A DNA stretch of 64,000 bases from the NCBI GenBank assembly GCA_963727505.1, contig CAVSGP010000009.1, forward strand, positions 192,001 to 256,000, written 5' to 3'. A program made the position numbers and the translations under genes. This DNA is from an uncultured Trueperaceae bacterium. Lineage in GTDB: Bacteria; Deinococcota; Deinococci; Deinococcales; Trueperaceae. A model generated the notes under the pieces. It was not told the origin of the DNA, made no database searches, and was given only the letters and a program-made list of their open reading frames with translations. This document shows positions 1-13,880 of the stretch, piece by piece; position 1 is the stretch's first letter; each line of letters begins with the position of its first letter.

Positions 1-314
1 TCGGCAAGCGCGCCGGCGAGAACAAGCTCACCCCCGAGGAACTGCAGGGGGGCACCTTCACCATCAGCAACGGCGGGGTGTTCGGCTCGCTGATGTCCAC
101 CCCCATCGTGAATCCGCCGCAGTCGGGCGTGCTCGGCATGCACACCATCCAGGAGCGACCGGTGGCGGTGAACGGCCAGGTGGAGATCCGCCCGATGATG
201 TACCTGGCCCTCACGTACGATCACCGCATCGTCGACGGGCGCGAGGCGGTCACCTTCCTCAAGCGCATCAAGGAGGCCATCGAGAGCCCGGCCCGTATCT
301 TGCTGGAGGTCTGA
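1..314 (+). CDS. sucB: Dihydrolipoamide succinyltransferase (E2 of 2-oxoglutarate dehydrogenase), C-terminal part; truncated by the window edge
   Basis: [32 protein letters not shown]...[22 protein letters not shown] catalytic-domain motifs; directly upstream of lpdA. Confidence 0.93.
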   Translation, partial: GKRAGENKLTPEELQGGTFTISNGGVFGSLMSTPIVNPPQSGVLGMHTIQERPVAVNGQVEIRPMMYLALTYDHRIVDGREAVTFLKRIKEAIESPARILLEV

Positions 315-317
315 AGC

Positions 318-1715
318 ATGCCCAAGCACGACATCGTCATCATCGGTGCAGGACCTGGTGGCTACGTCGCCGCCCTGCGCGGCGCGCAGCTCGGCTTCGA
401 CGTCGCGGTGGTGGAGAAGGAGGAGGCGCTCGGCGGCACCTGCGTGCGCGTCGGTTGCATCCCCAGCAAGGCGCTGCTGGAATCGAGCGAGCGCTACCTG
501 GAGGCGCGGGAACACCTCGCCGAGCACGGCGTGGAGGTCAAGGAGGTCGGCCTCGATCTGACGACCATGCTCGAGCGCAAGACCCGGGTCGTTAAGCAGA
601 ACACCGACGGGGTCGCCTTCCTGTTCAAGAAGAACGGGATCACGCGCTACCGGGGCACCGGGGAGCTGGCCGGCGGTCGCAAGGTGACGGTGCATGGCGA
701 GGACGGCGACGAGGATCTCGAGGCGCAACACATCGTGCTCGCCACGGGCTCCGTGCCCGCGTCGCTGCCCGGGGTGGACTTCGACGGCGGCGCGGTGGTG
801 AGCAGCACCGAAGCGCTCGACTTCCCGTCGGTGCCCAAGCGCCTGATCGTCATCGGGGCGGGGTACATCGGGCTCGAGCTGGGCTCGGTGTGGTCGCGCC
901 TCGGCGCCGAGGTGACCGTGCTGGAGTACTTCGACCGCATCCTGCCGGGCATGGACCTGGAGACCGCCAAGGAGGCCCTCAAGGTCTTCCAACGTCAGGG
1001 GCTGGACTTCCGGCTCGGCGCGCGCGTGACCGGCGCGAAGGTGTCGGGTCGCGGCGGCAGCCGCAAGGTCACCGTCGAGATCGAAGGGGCCGAGCCGGTC
1101 GAGGCGGAGCGCGTGCTGGTCGCGGTCGGCCGCCGGCCAGCCACGCAGGGGCTCGGCCTCGAGAAGGCGGGCGTCGAACTCGACGACCGTGGGCGGGTGC
1201 GGGTCGAGGACGGCTTCCGCACCTCGGCAGAGGGCATCTACGCGATCGGCGACCTCATCGAGGGCCCCATGCTCGCGCACAAGGCCGAGGAGGACGGCGT
1301 GGCCCTCATGGAGCGCCTCGCCGGCAGCCCCGGCCACGTCGACTACGATCTGGTGCCGGGCGTCGTCTACACCGACCCAGAGATCGCCACGGTGGGGCGC
1401 AGCGAGGAACGCTTGAAGGAGGACGGGGTGCCCTACCGCAAGGGGGTGTTCCCCTTCACGGCCAACGGGCGCGCCCGGGCGCTAGGCAAGACCGGGGGGC
1501 GCGTGAAGATCCTCGCCCACGAGGAGACCGACCGTGTCCTCGGCGTGCATATCCTGGGTCCGCGTGCGGGCGACCTCATCGCCGAGGCGGTGGCGGCCAT
1601 GACCTTCGGTGCCAGCGCCGAGGACCTGGCGCGCACCGTTCACGCGCACCCGACGCTGTCGGAGGTCGTCAAGGAAGCAGCGCTGGCCGTCGACGGCCGT
1701 GCGCTGCACATGTGA
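318..1715 (+). CDS. lpdA: Dihydrolipoamide dehydrogenase (E3)
   Basis: GAGPGGY FAD motif, GGTCVRVGCIPSK redox disulfide, GAGYIGLE NAD motif, HAHPTLSE C-terminus. Confidence 0.97.
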   Translation: MPKHDIVIIGAGPGGYVAALRGAQLGFDVAVVEKEEALGGTCVRVGCIPSKALLESSERYLEAREHLAEHGVEVKEVGLDLTTMLERKTRVVKQNTDGVAFLFKKNGITRYRGTGELAGGRKVTVHGEDGDEDLEAQHIVLATGSVPASLPGVDFDGGAVVSSTEALDFPSVPKRLIVIGAGYIGLELGSVWSRLGAEVTVLEYFDRILPGMDLETAKEALKVFQRQGLDFRLGARVTGAKVSGRGGSRKVTVEIEGAEPVEAERVLVAVGRRPATQGLGLEKAGVELDDRGRVRVEDGFRTSAEGIYAIGDLIEGPMLAHKAEEDGVALMERLAGSPGHVDYDLVPGVVYTDPEIATVGRSEERLKEDGVPYRKGVFPFTANGRARALGKTGGRVKILAHEETDRVLGVHILGPRAGDLIAEAVAAMTFGASAEDLARTVHAHPTLSEVVKEAALAVDGRALHM

Positions 1716-1809
1716 GCCCGGTCTCCGGGCGGTCGACGCCCTCGCAGGGGACGTCGAACTGCAAGACAGCGACCCGAGACGCTGCTGGACGGGAGCTATA
1801 CTCGGCGCA

Positions 1810-2940
<1,131 letters not shown>

Positions 2941-2947
2941 GGCGACG

Positions 2948-3844
2948 ATGGGCCGGGGCGACGCGGGAGCTCCTCCCGTGAGCAGCCGTCCGGACGCCCC
3001 GGGGGTGCCCCCGGAGGTGGCGTCGGGCCGTGTCGAGCGCCTCGGCATCGTCTCGTACACGAACGTTGCGCCGCTGCACTGGGGGCTCGCTCCCTGGCAG
3101 ACGTCGCAGGGGCGCGCGGAGTTCGTGCGGGGCGTGCCAACGGAGCTCAACGCCGCGTTGATGGACGGCGCCATCGACCTCACCCTGATCTCGTCGATCG
3201 AGTTCGTCCGCAACCGCGACCGCCTCCGGGCCCTTCCCGACTTCTCCATCGCCACCCTGGGGCCGGTGTACAGCGTGATGCTGTTCCACTGGCGCCCCTG
3301 GCAGGACCTGCAAGGCGCGCGCATCGCCGTCACCACCGACTCCGCCACGAGCGTGCAGCTGCTGAGGGTGCTCCTCGAGGCGGACGGCCTGGAGGCCGAG
3401 GTGGTCGGGATCGCGCCCGATCTGGACACCATGCTCGCGGAGTGCGACGCGGCACTCCTCATCGGCGACGCCGCGCTGCGCGAGGCGGTGACGCGCCGCG
3501 AGCTGGGCGGTCGCCGGCCCTTCGTGACCGACCTGGGCGAGGCCTGGTACCAGCACACCCGGCTGCCGTTCACGTTCGCCGTATGGGCCTCGCTGGACGA
3601 CCGGCCGCCCTCGGAGATGCTGGTCGCCCGCTTCCGGGCGGCGCGCGAAGCCGGGCTCGGCCGCTTGTCGGAGGTCGCGGCCGTCGAGGCCGAGCGCCTG
3701 GGGCTGTCGCATGAGGTGGTGCAACGCTATCTCGCCAACTTCCGCTACTACCTCGAATTGCCCGATCGCGACGGCCTGCTGGCGTTCGCGCACGCCAGCG
3801 ACCCCGCCTTCGAGGACGCGCAGTTACGGTTCTGGGAACTCTGA
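2948..3844 (+). CDS. mqnA: Chorismate dehydratase (menaquinone biosynthesis)
   Basis: ISYTN-like [50 protein letters not shown]; true start may be further downstream. Confidence 0.88.
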   Translation: MGRGDAGAPPVSSRPDAPGVPPEVASGRVERLGIVSYTNVAPLHWGLAPWQTSQGRAEFVRGVPTELNAALMDGAIDLTLISSIEFVRNRDRLRALPDFSIATLGPVYSVMLFHWRPWQDLQGARIAVTTDSATSVQLLRVLLEADGLEAEVVGIAPDLDTMLAECDAALLIGDAALREAVTRRELGGRRPFVTDLGEAWYQHTRLPFTFAVWASLDDRPPSEMLVARFRAAREAGLGRLSEVAAVEAERLGLSHEVVQRYLANFRYYLELPDRDGLLAFAHASDPAFEDAQLRFWEL

Positions 3845-3857
3845 GACGGGCCCGTAC

Positions 3858-6032
<2,175 letters not shown>

Positions 6033-6040
6033 GGGCGTCC

Positions 6041-7444
6041 TCAGTCCTCCAGCCGGATCCAAGCGGTGACCCTGCGCGAGGCCAGCCTGAGGGCCTCGTA
6101 GTCCGAGGCCGTCTGTCGGGTCACGGCGCTCTCCAGCAACCGGTGGACCTCGCGGTCGGCGGAACGCCGCAGGTCCGTGTGCGACGTGCTGGCCTGCATG
6201 CGGCGCAGGCTCAGTGCCAGGTGGCGGGCCACCATCGGATCGCCGGCCGCGTTCACGCGAAGCTCCCCGAACAGGTGCTCCAGTAGCTCGCCTACCTCGG
6301 GGCGTGGCACGACGAGCCGCAGGGCGCCCCCCTCGTCGGTCATGTAGGAATCGGGGAGGCGACGGCGGGCCAACAGGTTGAGGGCTTCGGACATGCGGTC
6401 GATGCAGGTCATGGCCGTGAAGGGGTCGTTCATGCTCGGAGACAGCGCCCGGAGCGCCACCTCGAGGAGCTGATCGAACAGGAAGTAGGGGTCCTGCTGG
6501 GGAGTCCGCACTGCGCCGAGAACGTAGTACGGCTCGATCCTGCCGGTGAGCCCGTCACCTGCGTCGGGCGGGTAGATGTCGGCGAGCGGGCCGTCGAGCA
6601 TGAGGAAGCTGCCCGGCGGGTGGTGCAGCCGCAGCACGGCGTCGTTCTCCCGTGCGAGCTTCACGAGTCCCGTGAGGTCGATGGCCTGTACGTAGCCGGC
6701 GCGCGTGGCCCGAACGGTGATCGCCTCCCGGCCGAAGTCCTCCGGTAGCTCGGGCCGGGTCGAGGGGGGCCCGCCCTCGCTATCGGCTTCGGCCTGACCG
6801 ACACCGGTGCGGTTCCCGCCGGTCTCCTCGTCCTCAGGCTCCTCGTTCTCAGGCTCGTCGTCCTGTGGGAAGGACAGGATCTGCTGCGTCAGGCCGCGGC
6901 CAACACGCGCCAGCACATAACTCACCTGGACGCTCTCGGCTGCGTGATGGATGAAGTAGATCAGCACTCCGAGGCTCAGCAGGGTGAGCACCATGGCCAC
7001 GGCTACGGAGAGATGCGGCACGAAGGACTGGATGCCGAGCTGGGTGTCGGCGCTGCGTACCGTGACGAGCACCATGAGGCAGTACAGGAAGGTGCCGATG
7101 AAGGCGCCCAGGACGAGCTGGTTGCCACGGTCGCGCATGAAGTTGCCCACCAGCCGGGGGCCGAACTGTTGCGAGGCCAGCGACAGGCCCACCAGCGTCA
7201 TGGAGAAGACCACGCCGGTCACCGTGATGAGCGAGCCCGCTACCGTGCTCAAGAGGGAGCGCGCTCCGGCGGGCCCGTTGAGGCCACCGAGCGCCCGGAG
7301 GGCGGGCATTCTCGCGAGAGTGATCGAGTGGTCGACCGCGAGGGTGGCGGCTGCCAGCACCAACGCCCCCAAGGCCATGAGCGCGGGGAGGAACCAGTAG
7401 CCCGAGCGCAGCCGTTCCAGCCAGCCGAGTAGGCGTACGCTCAC
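6041..7444 (-). CDS. DUF2254-family integral membrane protein
   Basis: LRSGYWFLP, LSTVAGSLITVTGVVFSMTLV, ASQQFGPRL, RALSPSMNDPFTA family motifs. Confidence 0.85.
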   Translation of the reverse strand: MSVRLLGWLERLRSGYWFLPALMALGALVLAAATLAVDHSITLARMPALRALGGLNGPAGARSLLSTVAGSLITVTGVVFSMTLVGLSLASQQFGPRLVGNFMRDRGNQLVLGAFIGTFLYCLMVLVTVRSADTQLGIQSFVPHLSVAVAMVLTLLSLGVLIYFIHHAAESVQVSYVLARVGRGLTQQILSFPQDDEPENEEPEDEETGGNRTGVGQAEADSEGGPPSTRPELPEDFGREAITVRATRAGYVQAIDLTGLVKLARENDAVLRLHHPPGSFLMLDGPLADIYPPDAGDGLTGRIEPYYVLGAVRTPQQDPYFLFDQLLEVALRALSPSMNDPFTAMTCIDRMSEALNLLARRRLPDSYMTDEGGALRLVVPRPEVGELLEHLFGELRVNAAGDPMVARHLALSLRRMQASTSHTDLRRSADREVHRLLESAVTRQTASDYEALRLASRRVTAWIRLED

Positions 7445-7536
7445 GCGTCCCTCCCCTCTACGGGCGGCGGTATCCCCTCCATGCTAGCAGGGGTTCTCCG
7501 ACCGGGCGCGTGCGCCGTGCCCGTGGTGGCCGATTG

Positions 7537-8844
7537 TCACAGCACGTAGCGGCTGAGGTCCTCGCTGTCGACGATGCCGTCGAGTTTGCGACGCACGTAG
7601 CCCTCGTCGATGGTGACGGTGCCGAGTTCGGTCCCGAAGGACACGTCCTCGAGCACCGTCTCCAGGATGGTGTGGAGGCGGCGTGCACCGATGTCCTCGA
7701 GGTCGCGGTTGACGCGCTCGGCGTATTCGGCGATCGCGACGATGCCCGACTCGTCGAACCGGATGTGGGTGCCGTCGACGGCCAGTAGCTCCGTGTACTG
7801 CTTGGTGAGGGCGTGGCGCGGTTGGGTGAGGATGCGCTGGAAGTCGCCGGCGCCGAGCTCCTCGAGCTCCACGCGGATGGGGAAGCGCCCCTGCAATTCC
7901 GGGATCAGGTCGCTGGGCTTGGAGACGTTGAAGGCGCCTGCGGCGATGAAGAGCATGTGGTCGGTCTTGACGGGTCCCTGCCGGGTGTTGACCTGGGTTC
8001 CCTCCACCACCGGCAGCAGGTCACGCTGGACGCCCTCGCCGCTGACGTCGCCGCCGCTGGTGCCCTCGGAGCCGGCGATCTTGTCGATCTCGTCGATGAA
8101 GACGATGCCCATGTTCTCGGCGCGGTAGATCGCCTCGCGTCCCACGGCGTCGTGATCGATGAGCCGATCCGCTTCCTCTTCCTCCAGGATGCGGTGGGCG
8201 TCACGCACCTGAACGGAGCGCTTGACGCTGCGCTGAGGCATGAGATTCGACAGCATGTCCTGCAGGTTGAGCCCCATCTCCTCCATACCCGGCATCATCA
8301 CGCCGGCCGACTTCTCGTCCTTCACCTCGATCTCGACGGTGCGCTCATCGAGGTCGCCGGCGTCGAGCAGCGCGCGCATGCGCTCCCTGCCCTCCGTCGT
8401 GCCGCCGGGAAGAAGCGCGTCCAGGAGGCGTTCCTTGGCCGCGGCCCGGGCCCTGCCGCGCACTTCCTCCTTCTTCTCGGCCTCCACCATGGCGGTGGCG
8501 GAGCGCACCAGGTCGCGCACGATGCCCTCGACGTCGCGGCCCACGTAACCCACCTCGGTGAACTTGGTGGCCTCGACCTTCAGGAACGGAGCCTTCGCCA
8601 GGCGGGCCAGGCGCCGCGCGATCTCGGTCTTGCCGACACCCGTCGGGCCGATCATGAGGATGTTCTTGGGGGTGATCTCGGCCTGCAACTCCTCCGGCAG
8701 GCGCCGCCGCCGGTAATGGTTACGTAGCGCCACGGCGACGGAGCGCTTGGCCTTGCTCTGGCCGATGATGTGGCGGTCGAGCTCCTCGACGATCTGCAGC
8801 GGCGTGAGCTCGGCCGCGTACGCCAGCAGGGTATCGGCGCTCAT
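7537..8844 (-). CDS. hslU: HslU ATPase subunit of the HslUV protease
   Basis: [63 protein letters not shown]-terminal DLSRYVL. Confidence 0.97.
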   Translation of the reverse strand: MSADTLLAYAAELTPLQIVEELDRHIIGQSKAKRSVAVALRNHYRRRRLPEELQAEITPKNILMIGPTGVGKTEIARRLARLAKAPFLKVEATKFTEVGYVGRDVEGIVRDLVRSATAMVEAEKKEEVRGRARAAAKERLLDALLPGGTTEGRERMRALLDAGDLDERTVEIEVKDEKSAGVMMPGMEEMGLNLQDMLSNLMPQRSVKRSVQVRDAHRILEEEEADRLIDHDAVGREAIYRAENMGIVFIDEIDKIAGSEGTSGGDVSGEGVQRDLLPVVEGTQVNTRQGPVKTDHMLFIAAGAFNVSKPSDLIPELQGRFPIRVELEELGAGDFQRILTQPRHALTKQYTELLAVDGTHIRFDESGIVAIAEYAERVNRDLEDIGARRLHTILETVLEDVSFGTELGTVTIDEGYVRRKLDGIVDSEDLSRYVL

Positions 8845-9425
8845 GCCTGGGCCGCCTCGTTGGCGGCGTCGTCGTCGGACGGCTCGTCGTCCTCTTGGCC
8901 GCCGGTGACCAGCACCGTGGCGTTCCCCGAAGTGTAGATGTCGATCTCCGCGGCGATGGCCAGCGCCTTGCGCGCGATCTGTTCGGCGCCGAGATCGGTC
9001 TCGCGCAGGAGCGCCGTTGCCGCAGCCTGCGCGTAGGGGCCGCCGGAGCCCACCGCAGCGATCGGCTCGTCCGGTGCGATGACGTCGCCGACACCCGAGA
9101 GGGTGAGGATCTGTTCGTCGTCGGCCACGATCAACATCGCCTCCAGGTTGCGCAGGGCGCGATCGGTGCGCCACTCCTTGACGGTGTCGACGGCGGCTTT
9201 CAGGAGGTTGCCCTTGGCCGAGGTGAGGTAGCCCTCGAACTTGTCGAGCAGGGTGAAGGCGTCGCTGACGGCCCCGGCGAAGCCGGTGACCACGCGGCCG
9301 TCCGCGAGGGCGCGCACCTTGACGGCGCCGCGCTTCACGACGGTCTCGCCGAGGGTGACCTGGCCGTCCCCCGCGATGGCGGTGATGCCGTCCTTGTGGA
9401 CGGCCACGATGGTAGTACCGTGCAT
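8841..9425 (-). CDS. hslV: HslV protease subunit
   Basis: HGTTIVAV (N-terminal Thr nucleophile), [28 protein letters not shown]; alternative start 9434. Confidence 0.96.
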   Translation of the reverse strand: MHGTTIVAVHKDGITAIAGDGQVTLGETVVKRGAVKVRALADGRVVTGFAGAVSDAFTLLDKFEGYLTSAKGNLLKAAVDTVKEWRTDRALRNLEAMLIVADDEQILTLSGVGDVIAPDEPIAAVGSGGPYAQAAATALLRETDLGAEQIARKALAIAAEIDIYTSGNATVLVTGGQEDDEPSDDDAANEAAQA

Positions 9426-9535
9426 GCGCTTCATACGCCCCGCAGCGTATCAGAGCGCCGGAGGCGGCCGGGTATCCGTCGCGCGGCGCGTGGTGGCCAC
9501 CGACGCGGGGGGCGCGCGGGGGGTAGCATGGCGCC

Positions 9536-9925
9536 ATGCGAGCGCACGAGTTCGGAGGGGGTTGGCTGGAGCTGACCGTCGGTCCGATGTTCGGCGGCAA
9601 GTCCGAGGAGTTGATCCGTCGGGTCAACCGGGCGCTCATCGCGCGGCAGTGCGTGCAGGTGTTCAAGCCCGCCATCGACGAGGGGCGGTTCCTCGATTCA
9701 GCTCTCGTGGCCCTGGCGCTCGAGCTCGCCGACGCGGGGACGCGGGTACTGATCGCGGGTCTCGACCTGGACTTCCGTGGTGAGCCGTTCGGCCCCATCC
9801 CGGCCCACGTCGACGACCCTTTCGTGCTGGTGGGGGCCGCCGAGCGTTACGAGCCGCGTTGCCGGGCGTGCCACACGGTGGCGCGCTCGGCCCGGCTCAT
9901 GCCACTGTTCGACCTAGCACGTTAG
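9536..9925 (+). pseudogene. tdk: Internally deleted thymidine kinase paralog (two in-frame deletions, 41 and 33 aa)
   Basis: Colinear with tdk at 24074 but lacks DRYV...VAVD and TLLA...GGRP, including the first Zn-ligand pair CSC; P-loop GPMFSGKS changed to GPMFGGKS. Confidence 0.85.
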
Positions 9926-9934
9926 GTCCTCGGG

Positions 9935-12379
9935 GTGTCGACGGTGATCGAAGTGACGCTCCTGGGGGGTCCACACATTCGCGTGGACGGCCTCGAGGTG
10001 ACGCTGGGCTCGCGCAAGGCGGTCGCGCTGCTGGCCTACCTGGCTCTGAATCCCGAGGGGGCGACGCGCGAGCAGCTCGCCGAGTTGCTGTGGACGCCAG
10101 GAAAGCTGGGCAGCGTGCGCCAGGCGCTTTACGAACTGCGCAAGCTGCCGGATGCGGATGCGTGGCTCGAGGAGCGTGAGGGGCGCGTGCGCGTGCGCGC
10201 GTCCACGGATGTGGAGGCCTTCGAGGACGCCGTCGCAACGGGCGAGCACGGCGAGGCGCTGGAGTGCTGGGGTGGTCCGCTGCTCGCCGGTATCGACAAG
10301 CCCGGTGCCGGGCCGTTCCGTGAATGGCTGGCCGTGGAGCAGGCGCGCCTGGATATGGCCCGGCTCGAGGTCATGCAGCTTCGTGCCGCCGAGCTCGAGC
10401 GCGAGGGGCTAACAGCGGACGCCCTTGCCATGGTGGACGCCCTCCTTGCCGCCGATCCGCTCAACGAGACGGCCTACCGCAGCGCCATGTGGTTGCACTA
10501 CCAACTGGGACACCCCGCCGAGGCGGTGGCTGCCTTCGAGCGCTGCCGGGGGGTGCTTCGGCGCGAGCTCGACGCGGCGCCGCTGCCCGTCACCATTGAG
10601 CTGGCCGACGCCATCGGCCGCGGCTTGCCGCTCCCGGTCCACGCTGCCGTGCAGGCGCTGCCCGACCGGCTCCAACGCCTCCTCCAGGCGGTGGCGGTGG
10701 GGCGCGGGGAGCTTGGAGCGGCGGCGCTGGCGCACACCCTCGAGCGCGACCCCTACGAGGTTGCCGCCGGCCTGGTAGAGCTCGAGCGCCGGCGCCTGCT
10801 CAATGCCCACCACGGCGTGGCGCGCCACATCCTGTATGACACGGCGACCACCACGCCAGCCCCCGTGGCGCGCCTGATGCACGAGCGCATCGCACAGTGG
10901 CTCGAGGCCGACGGGGCCGGACCCGGTGCCGTGGCGCGCCACTGGCTCGGTGCCCACCGCCCGGACCGCGCCGCGCCGCTGTTGCTGGAGGCCGCGGAGG
11001 CCGCCGCCGCCGAGGGGGATCCGGGCGCTACGCTGCGGCGCTGCTACCGTGCCTTGTGGGCCGCCGAGGGCGAGCCGCGGGTGAGCCTGCGCGCCCTGTT
11101 CCTACTGGAGGGGGCCGCGGCGCAACGCCAGGAGCTCGAGACGCAAGAGGCCGCCCTCGGCGCGGCCGAGCGCATCGCCCGGAAGGGGCAGGACGACCGC
11201 GACCTGATCGAGGTGCGGTTGCGCCGGTCTCGGCAGCGACTGGCGCAGGGGCGTGTCGAGGACGGCCTGGAGCTGGCCCGGCGCGCCCTGGACGCCGCGG
11301 AACGCGTGTCCGACGCGCGCCTGATCAGTCGCGCCCGCAACGGCTTGGGCGGCGCACTGTTCTACGCAGGCCGGATGGAAGAGGCCGAGGACGCCTTCGC
11401 GTCCAACCTCGATGCCGACAACGCCACGGAGCAATTTCGCGCCCGCAACAACCTCGGCGCCATCGCGGGCATGCGCGGGGACTTCGCGCGCTCCTACCAG
11501 CACTTCGAGGTGGCGCTCACGCTGGCGCGCAGCGAGGGGCGTCGCGACGACGTCGGCGCCTGCCTCAACAATCTGGCGGCGACCGCCGAGCGCATGGCGC
11601 TCTACCGCCGCGCCGCGCAGCACCTGGAGGAGGCACGCCAGCTCGCTCGAGATCGCGGCAACCAGGCCTACGAGGCGCGGCTGCTGGCGAATCTCGCCGC
11701 GGTGTACGTCAAACAGGGGGCGCTGGGGCCGGCCTGGAACACGGCGGCGGAGGTGGAGGAGATGGCGACGGAACGCGGGGACGACCGCATGCGGGCTCAG
11801 GCGCTCGAGCTGCGCGCCGAAGTCGCCCGGCACTGCTTCGCCGACGAACGCGCCGAGGCGCTGTTCCTCGAGGCCGAGGGCATCGTGCGGGGCCTTGGGG
11901 ACGAGCGCAAGGCGCGACAGTTGGCGGGGCAGCTGGCCGTCATGAGGGAGGCGGCCGCGGCGCCCATGGAGCGCGCCGAGGACGTGCTGACGGCCATGGA
12001 GGATGCCGGCCAGCAGGACCTCGCCGCCTGGTTGTGGCTGGAGTGCTCCCTTCGGGCTCCCGATGCCGCCGACGCCGCGCGCTACGCGGAGCGTGGCGCC
12101 GCGGCTCCGGGCAACCCGCACCGGGCGAGCCTGGCCCGGGGGGCCCGCGCCTGGGCCCAGTGGCGCGCCGGTGCGGCCGGCGCCGCGGCGGAGCTGGCGC
12201 GCGCCGCCGACGCTCTCGAGTCGCTCGGGGCCGTCGAGGCGACGCTGATGTGGCGGCTGGCGGCGCGGGCGGCGTCCAGCACCGAGGACGCGGACGCCGC
12301 CCGCGAGCGCGAAGCCGCGCTCACCGCGGCCCAGGCGCCGGGGTTGCCCGCGCTCCTGCGCCGATCGCTGGCCGCTTGA
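9935..12379 (+). CDS. SARP-type transcriptional activator (OmpR-like wHTH + BTAD + TPR repeats)
   Basis: LLGGPHIRVDG..SRKAVALLAYLAL..TREQLAELLW, GPLLAG..FREWL, DPLNETAYRSAM..P.PVT; C-terminal NNLG/NNLA TPR repeats. Confidence 0.9.
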   Translation: MSTVIEVTLLGGPHIRVDGLEVTLGSRKAVALLAYLALNPEGATREQLAELLWTPGKLGSVRQALYELRKLPDADAWLEEREGRVRVRASTDVEAFEDAVATGEHGEALECWGGPLLAGIDKPGAGPFREWLAVEQARLDMARLEVMQLRAAELEREGLTADALAMVDALLAADPLNETAYRSAMWLHYQLGHPAEAVAAFERCRGVLRRELDAAPLPVTIELADAIGRGLPLPVHAAVQALPDRLQRLLQAVAVGRGELGAAALAHTLERDPYEVAAGLVELERRRLLNAHHGVARHILYDTATTTPAPVARLMHERIAQWLEADGAGPGAVARHWLGAHRPDRAAPLLLEAAEAAAAEGDPGATLRRCYRALWAAEGEPRVSLRALFLLEGAAAQRQELETQEAALGAAERIARKGQDDRDLIEVRLRRSRQRLAQGRVEDGLELARRALDAAERVSDARLISRARNGLGGALFYAGRMEEAEDAFASNLDADNATEQFRARNNLGAIAGMRGDFARSYQHFEVALTLARSEGRRDDVGACLNNLAATAERMALYRRAAQHLEEARQLARDRGNQAYEARLLANLAAVYVKQGALGPAWNTAAEVEEMATERGDDRMRAQALELRAEVARHCFADERAEALFLEAEGIVRGLGDERKARQLAGQLAVMREAAAAPMERAEDVLTAMEDAGQQDLAAWLWLECSLRAPDAADAARYAERGAAAPGNPHRASLARGARAWAQWRAGAAGAAAELARAADALESLGAVEATLMWRLAARAASSTEDADAAREREAALTAAQAPGLPALLRRSLAA

Positions 12380-12407
12380 CGGGCGCTTGACGGCGCCCGA
12401 CTACGCT
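12376..12407 (+). promoter_or_regulatory. Tandem-repeat promoter P1: TTGAC-N6-TTGAC-N10-TACGCT
   Basis: ttgacgggcgcttgacggcgcccgactacgct; 11-bp period typical of SARP sites; same architecture at 12641 and 23123. Confidence 0.7.
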
Positions 12408-12644
12408 CCTAACACACCACCCCACCGCACCGGCGCCGCCCGCGCCAGCCTTAGGCACCTGAGGACGAGCGAGCAACGCCACTTCGCCGATCTCGAAGGG
12501 TTGCTCGACTTCCTCCATCGCGGGGCGTCCCGGCGACCGCCGGCGCCTGGCCCCCCGACGCGCCCTCCCTCACGATCGATGTCGAAACCTGCGAGTCACG
12601 GGATGCCGGCGTGGCCCCCGTCCGACGCCGCGCAGCCCCATTGA
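12387..12644 (+). pseudogene. Remnant of a small BTAD-associated protein
   Basis: RASLRHLRTSEQRHFADLEGLLDFL resembles the WRASL..TGERRGF.SLE.L..FL small proteins I recall beside BTAD regulators; no start codon downstream of promoter P1. Confidence 0.45.
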
Positions 12645-12672
12645 CGGGCGCTTGACGGGCCTGCCCTAGGCT
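12641..12672 (+). promoter_or_regulatory. Tandem-repeat promoter P2: TTGAC-N6-TTGAC-N10-TAGGCT, driving the 12744-22363 operon
   Basis: ttgacgggcgcttgacgggcctgccctaggct; RBS GGGAGGGAG before ATG 12744. Confidence 0.75.
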
Positions 12673-12743
12673 CGCACGCAAGCACGAACGTTGCGCCAAC
12701 CTCGGCGAGCCCCGGCCGCCGAGGCTCCTGGGAGGGAGATCCG

Positions 12744-13877
12744 ATGCCCAAGCTCTACCTCGGTGAAGCCCTAGGTCTGATCGGCAAGACGCTGCCGTTC
12801 CTGTGGATCAGGCTCGGCAGTTACCTGGTCCTGGGCGTGGCCCTGGGCGTCTACTTCGGCGTGCTGGGCGGGGTCGCCTGGTTGCTCGGTCGCCTCTGGG
12901 CGCCGCTCGGCTTCCTGGTGTTCCTCATCGCCTTCGTCGGCGCCATCGGCGTGGTGCGTTGGGCCAGCCGCTACTACTTCTACCTCCTCAAGGCCGCCCA
13001 CACCGCCGTCATGACGGAGTTCATCACCCAGGGGCGGGGGCCGCAGGGCTCGCAGGTGGCCTACGGCAAGGAGCAGGTCATGACCCGCTTCCGCGACACC
13101 AGCATCCTGTTCGCCGTCGATGTGCTGGTGGACGGCATCGTCAAGGCCATCGTCCGCACCTTCACGCGCATCGCGGGGATCCTGCCGATCCCCGGCATCC
13201 AGGGGATCGGCCGCCTCATCGAGCGCGTGGCCGTGATGTCCACCACCTTCATCGACGAGGCGGTGCTGTCGCGCGCCTACAAGGAGCGCGAGCAGAACGT
13301 CTGGAAGGTCGCCCAGGACGGCGTGGTGCTCTACGCCCAGGCGTGGAAGCCGATCCTCGCCAACGCCGTGGTGCTGGCCCTGATCGGGTACGTCGAGTTC
13401 GTGCTGTTCCTGATCGTGCTGGGACTCCCGGCGGTCGCCATCGGTGCGGCCCTGCCCGGCCTGCGCCTGGCGCTGGGCATCGGCGTCATCATCGGTGCCT
13501 GGATGCTCAAGCTCGCGCTGGCCGACGCCTTCTCCCTCGCCGCCACGCTCATCGCCTACCACCGGGCCACCGAGGGGCTCGCGGTGGACGAGGAGTGGAA
13601 GGCGAAGATCGCCGGCGTCAGCAACAAGTTCCAGGAGCTCGGGCGCAAGGCGGCGGAGGCGGTCCGTGCTTCTCCCGGCGGCGCCGAGTCACAGCGCCCC
13701 GCCCCCCCGACGGGCGCGGCGACGGCCGCCGCCGGCGCGGATCCTGCGGCCCGCGGGTCCGCGAGCCCCGGCGGTGGCGCCACGGCGCTCCCCGCCGACG
13801 ACGAGCCCCGGGCGCCCTCGCCATCGCCCGCGACCGGTCCGACCGGCGCGGACCAGGGCGAAGACCGGGAGCGTTGA
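12744..13877 (+). CDS. Hypothetical multi-pass membrane protein with a low-complexity Pro/Ala C-terminal tail
   Basis: Several hydrophobic segments, strong RBS, GC3-rich codons. Confidence 0.8.
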   Translation: MPKLYLGEALGLIGKTLPFLWIRLGSYLVLGVALGVYFGVLGGVAWLLGRLWAPLGFLVFLIAFVGAIGVVRWASRYYFYLLKAAHTAVMTEFITQGRGPQGSQVAYGKEQVMTRFRDTSILFAVDVLVDGIVKAIVRTFTRIAGILPIPGIQGIGRLIERVAVMSTTFIDEAVLSRAYKEREQNVWKVAQDGVVLYAQAWKPILANAVVLALIGYVEFVLFLIVLGLPAVAIGAALPGLRLALGIGVIIGAWMLKLALADAFSLAATLIAYHRATEGLAVDEEWKAKIAGVSNKFQELGRKAAEAVRASPGGAESQRPAPPTGAATAAAGADPAARGSASPGGGATALPADDEPRAPSPSPATGPTGADQGEDRER

Positions 13878-13880
13878 GCC

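Noticed and set aside
7537..9798. 753-aa ORF suggesting an N-terminally extended HslU
   Set aside because: The extension overlaps hslV in another frame; the real start is ATG 8844, overlapping the hslV stop
12376..12660. TTGACGGGCGCTTGACGG repeats as CRISPR repeats or att sites
   Set aside because: Only short units, no spacer array, no cas or integrase genes; a fixed distance to a -10 indicates promoters
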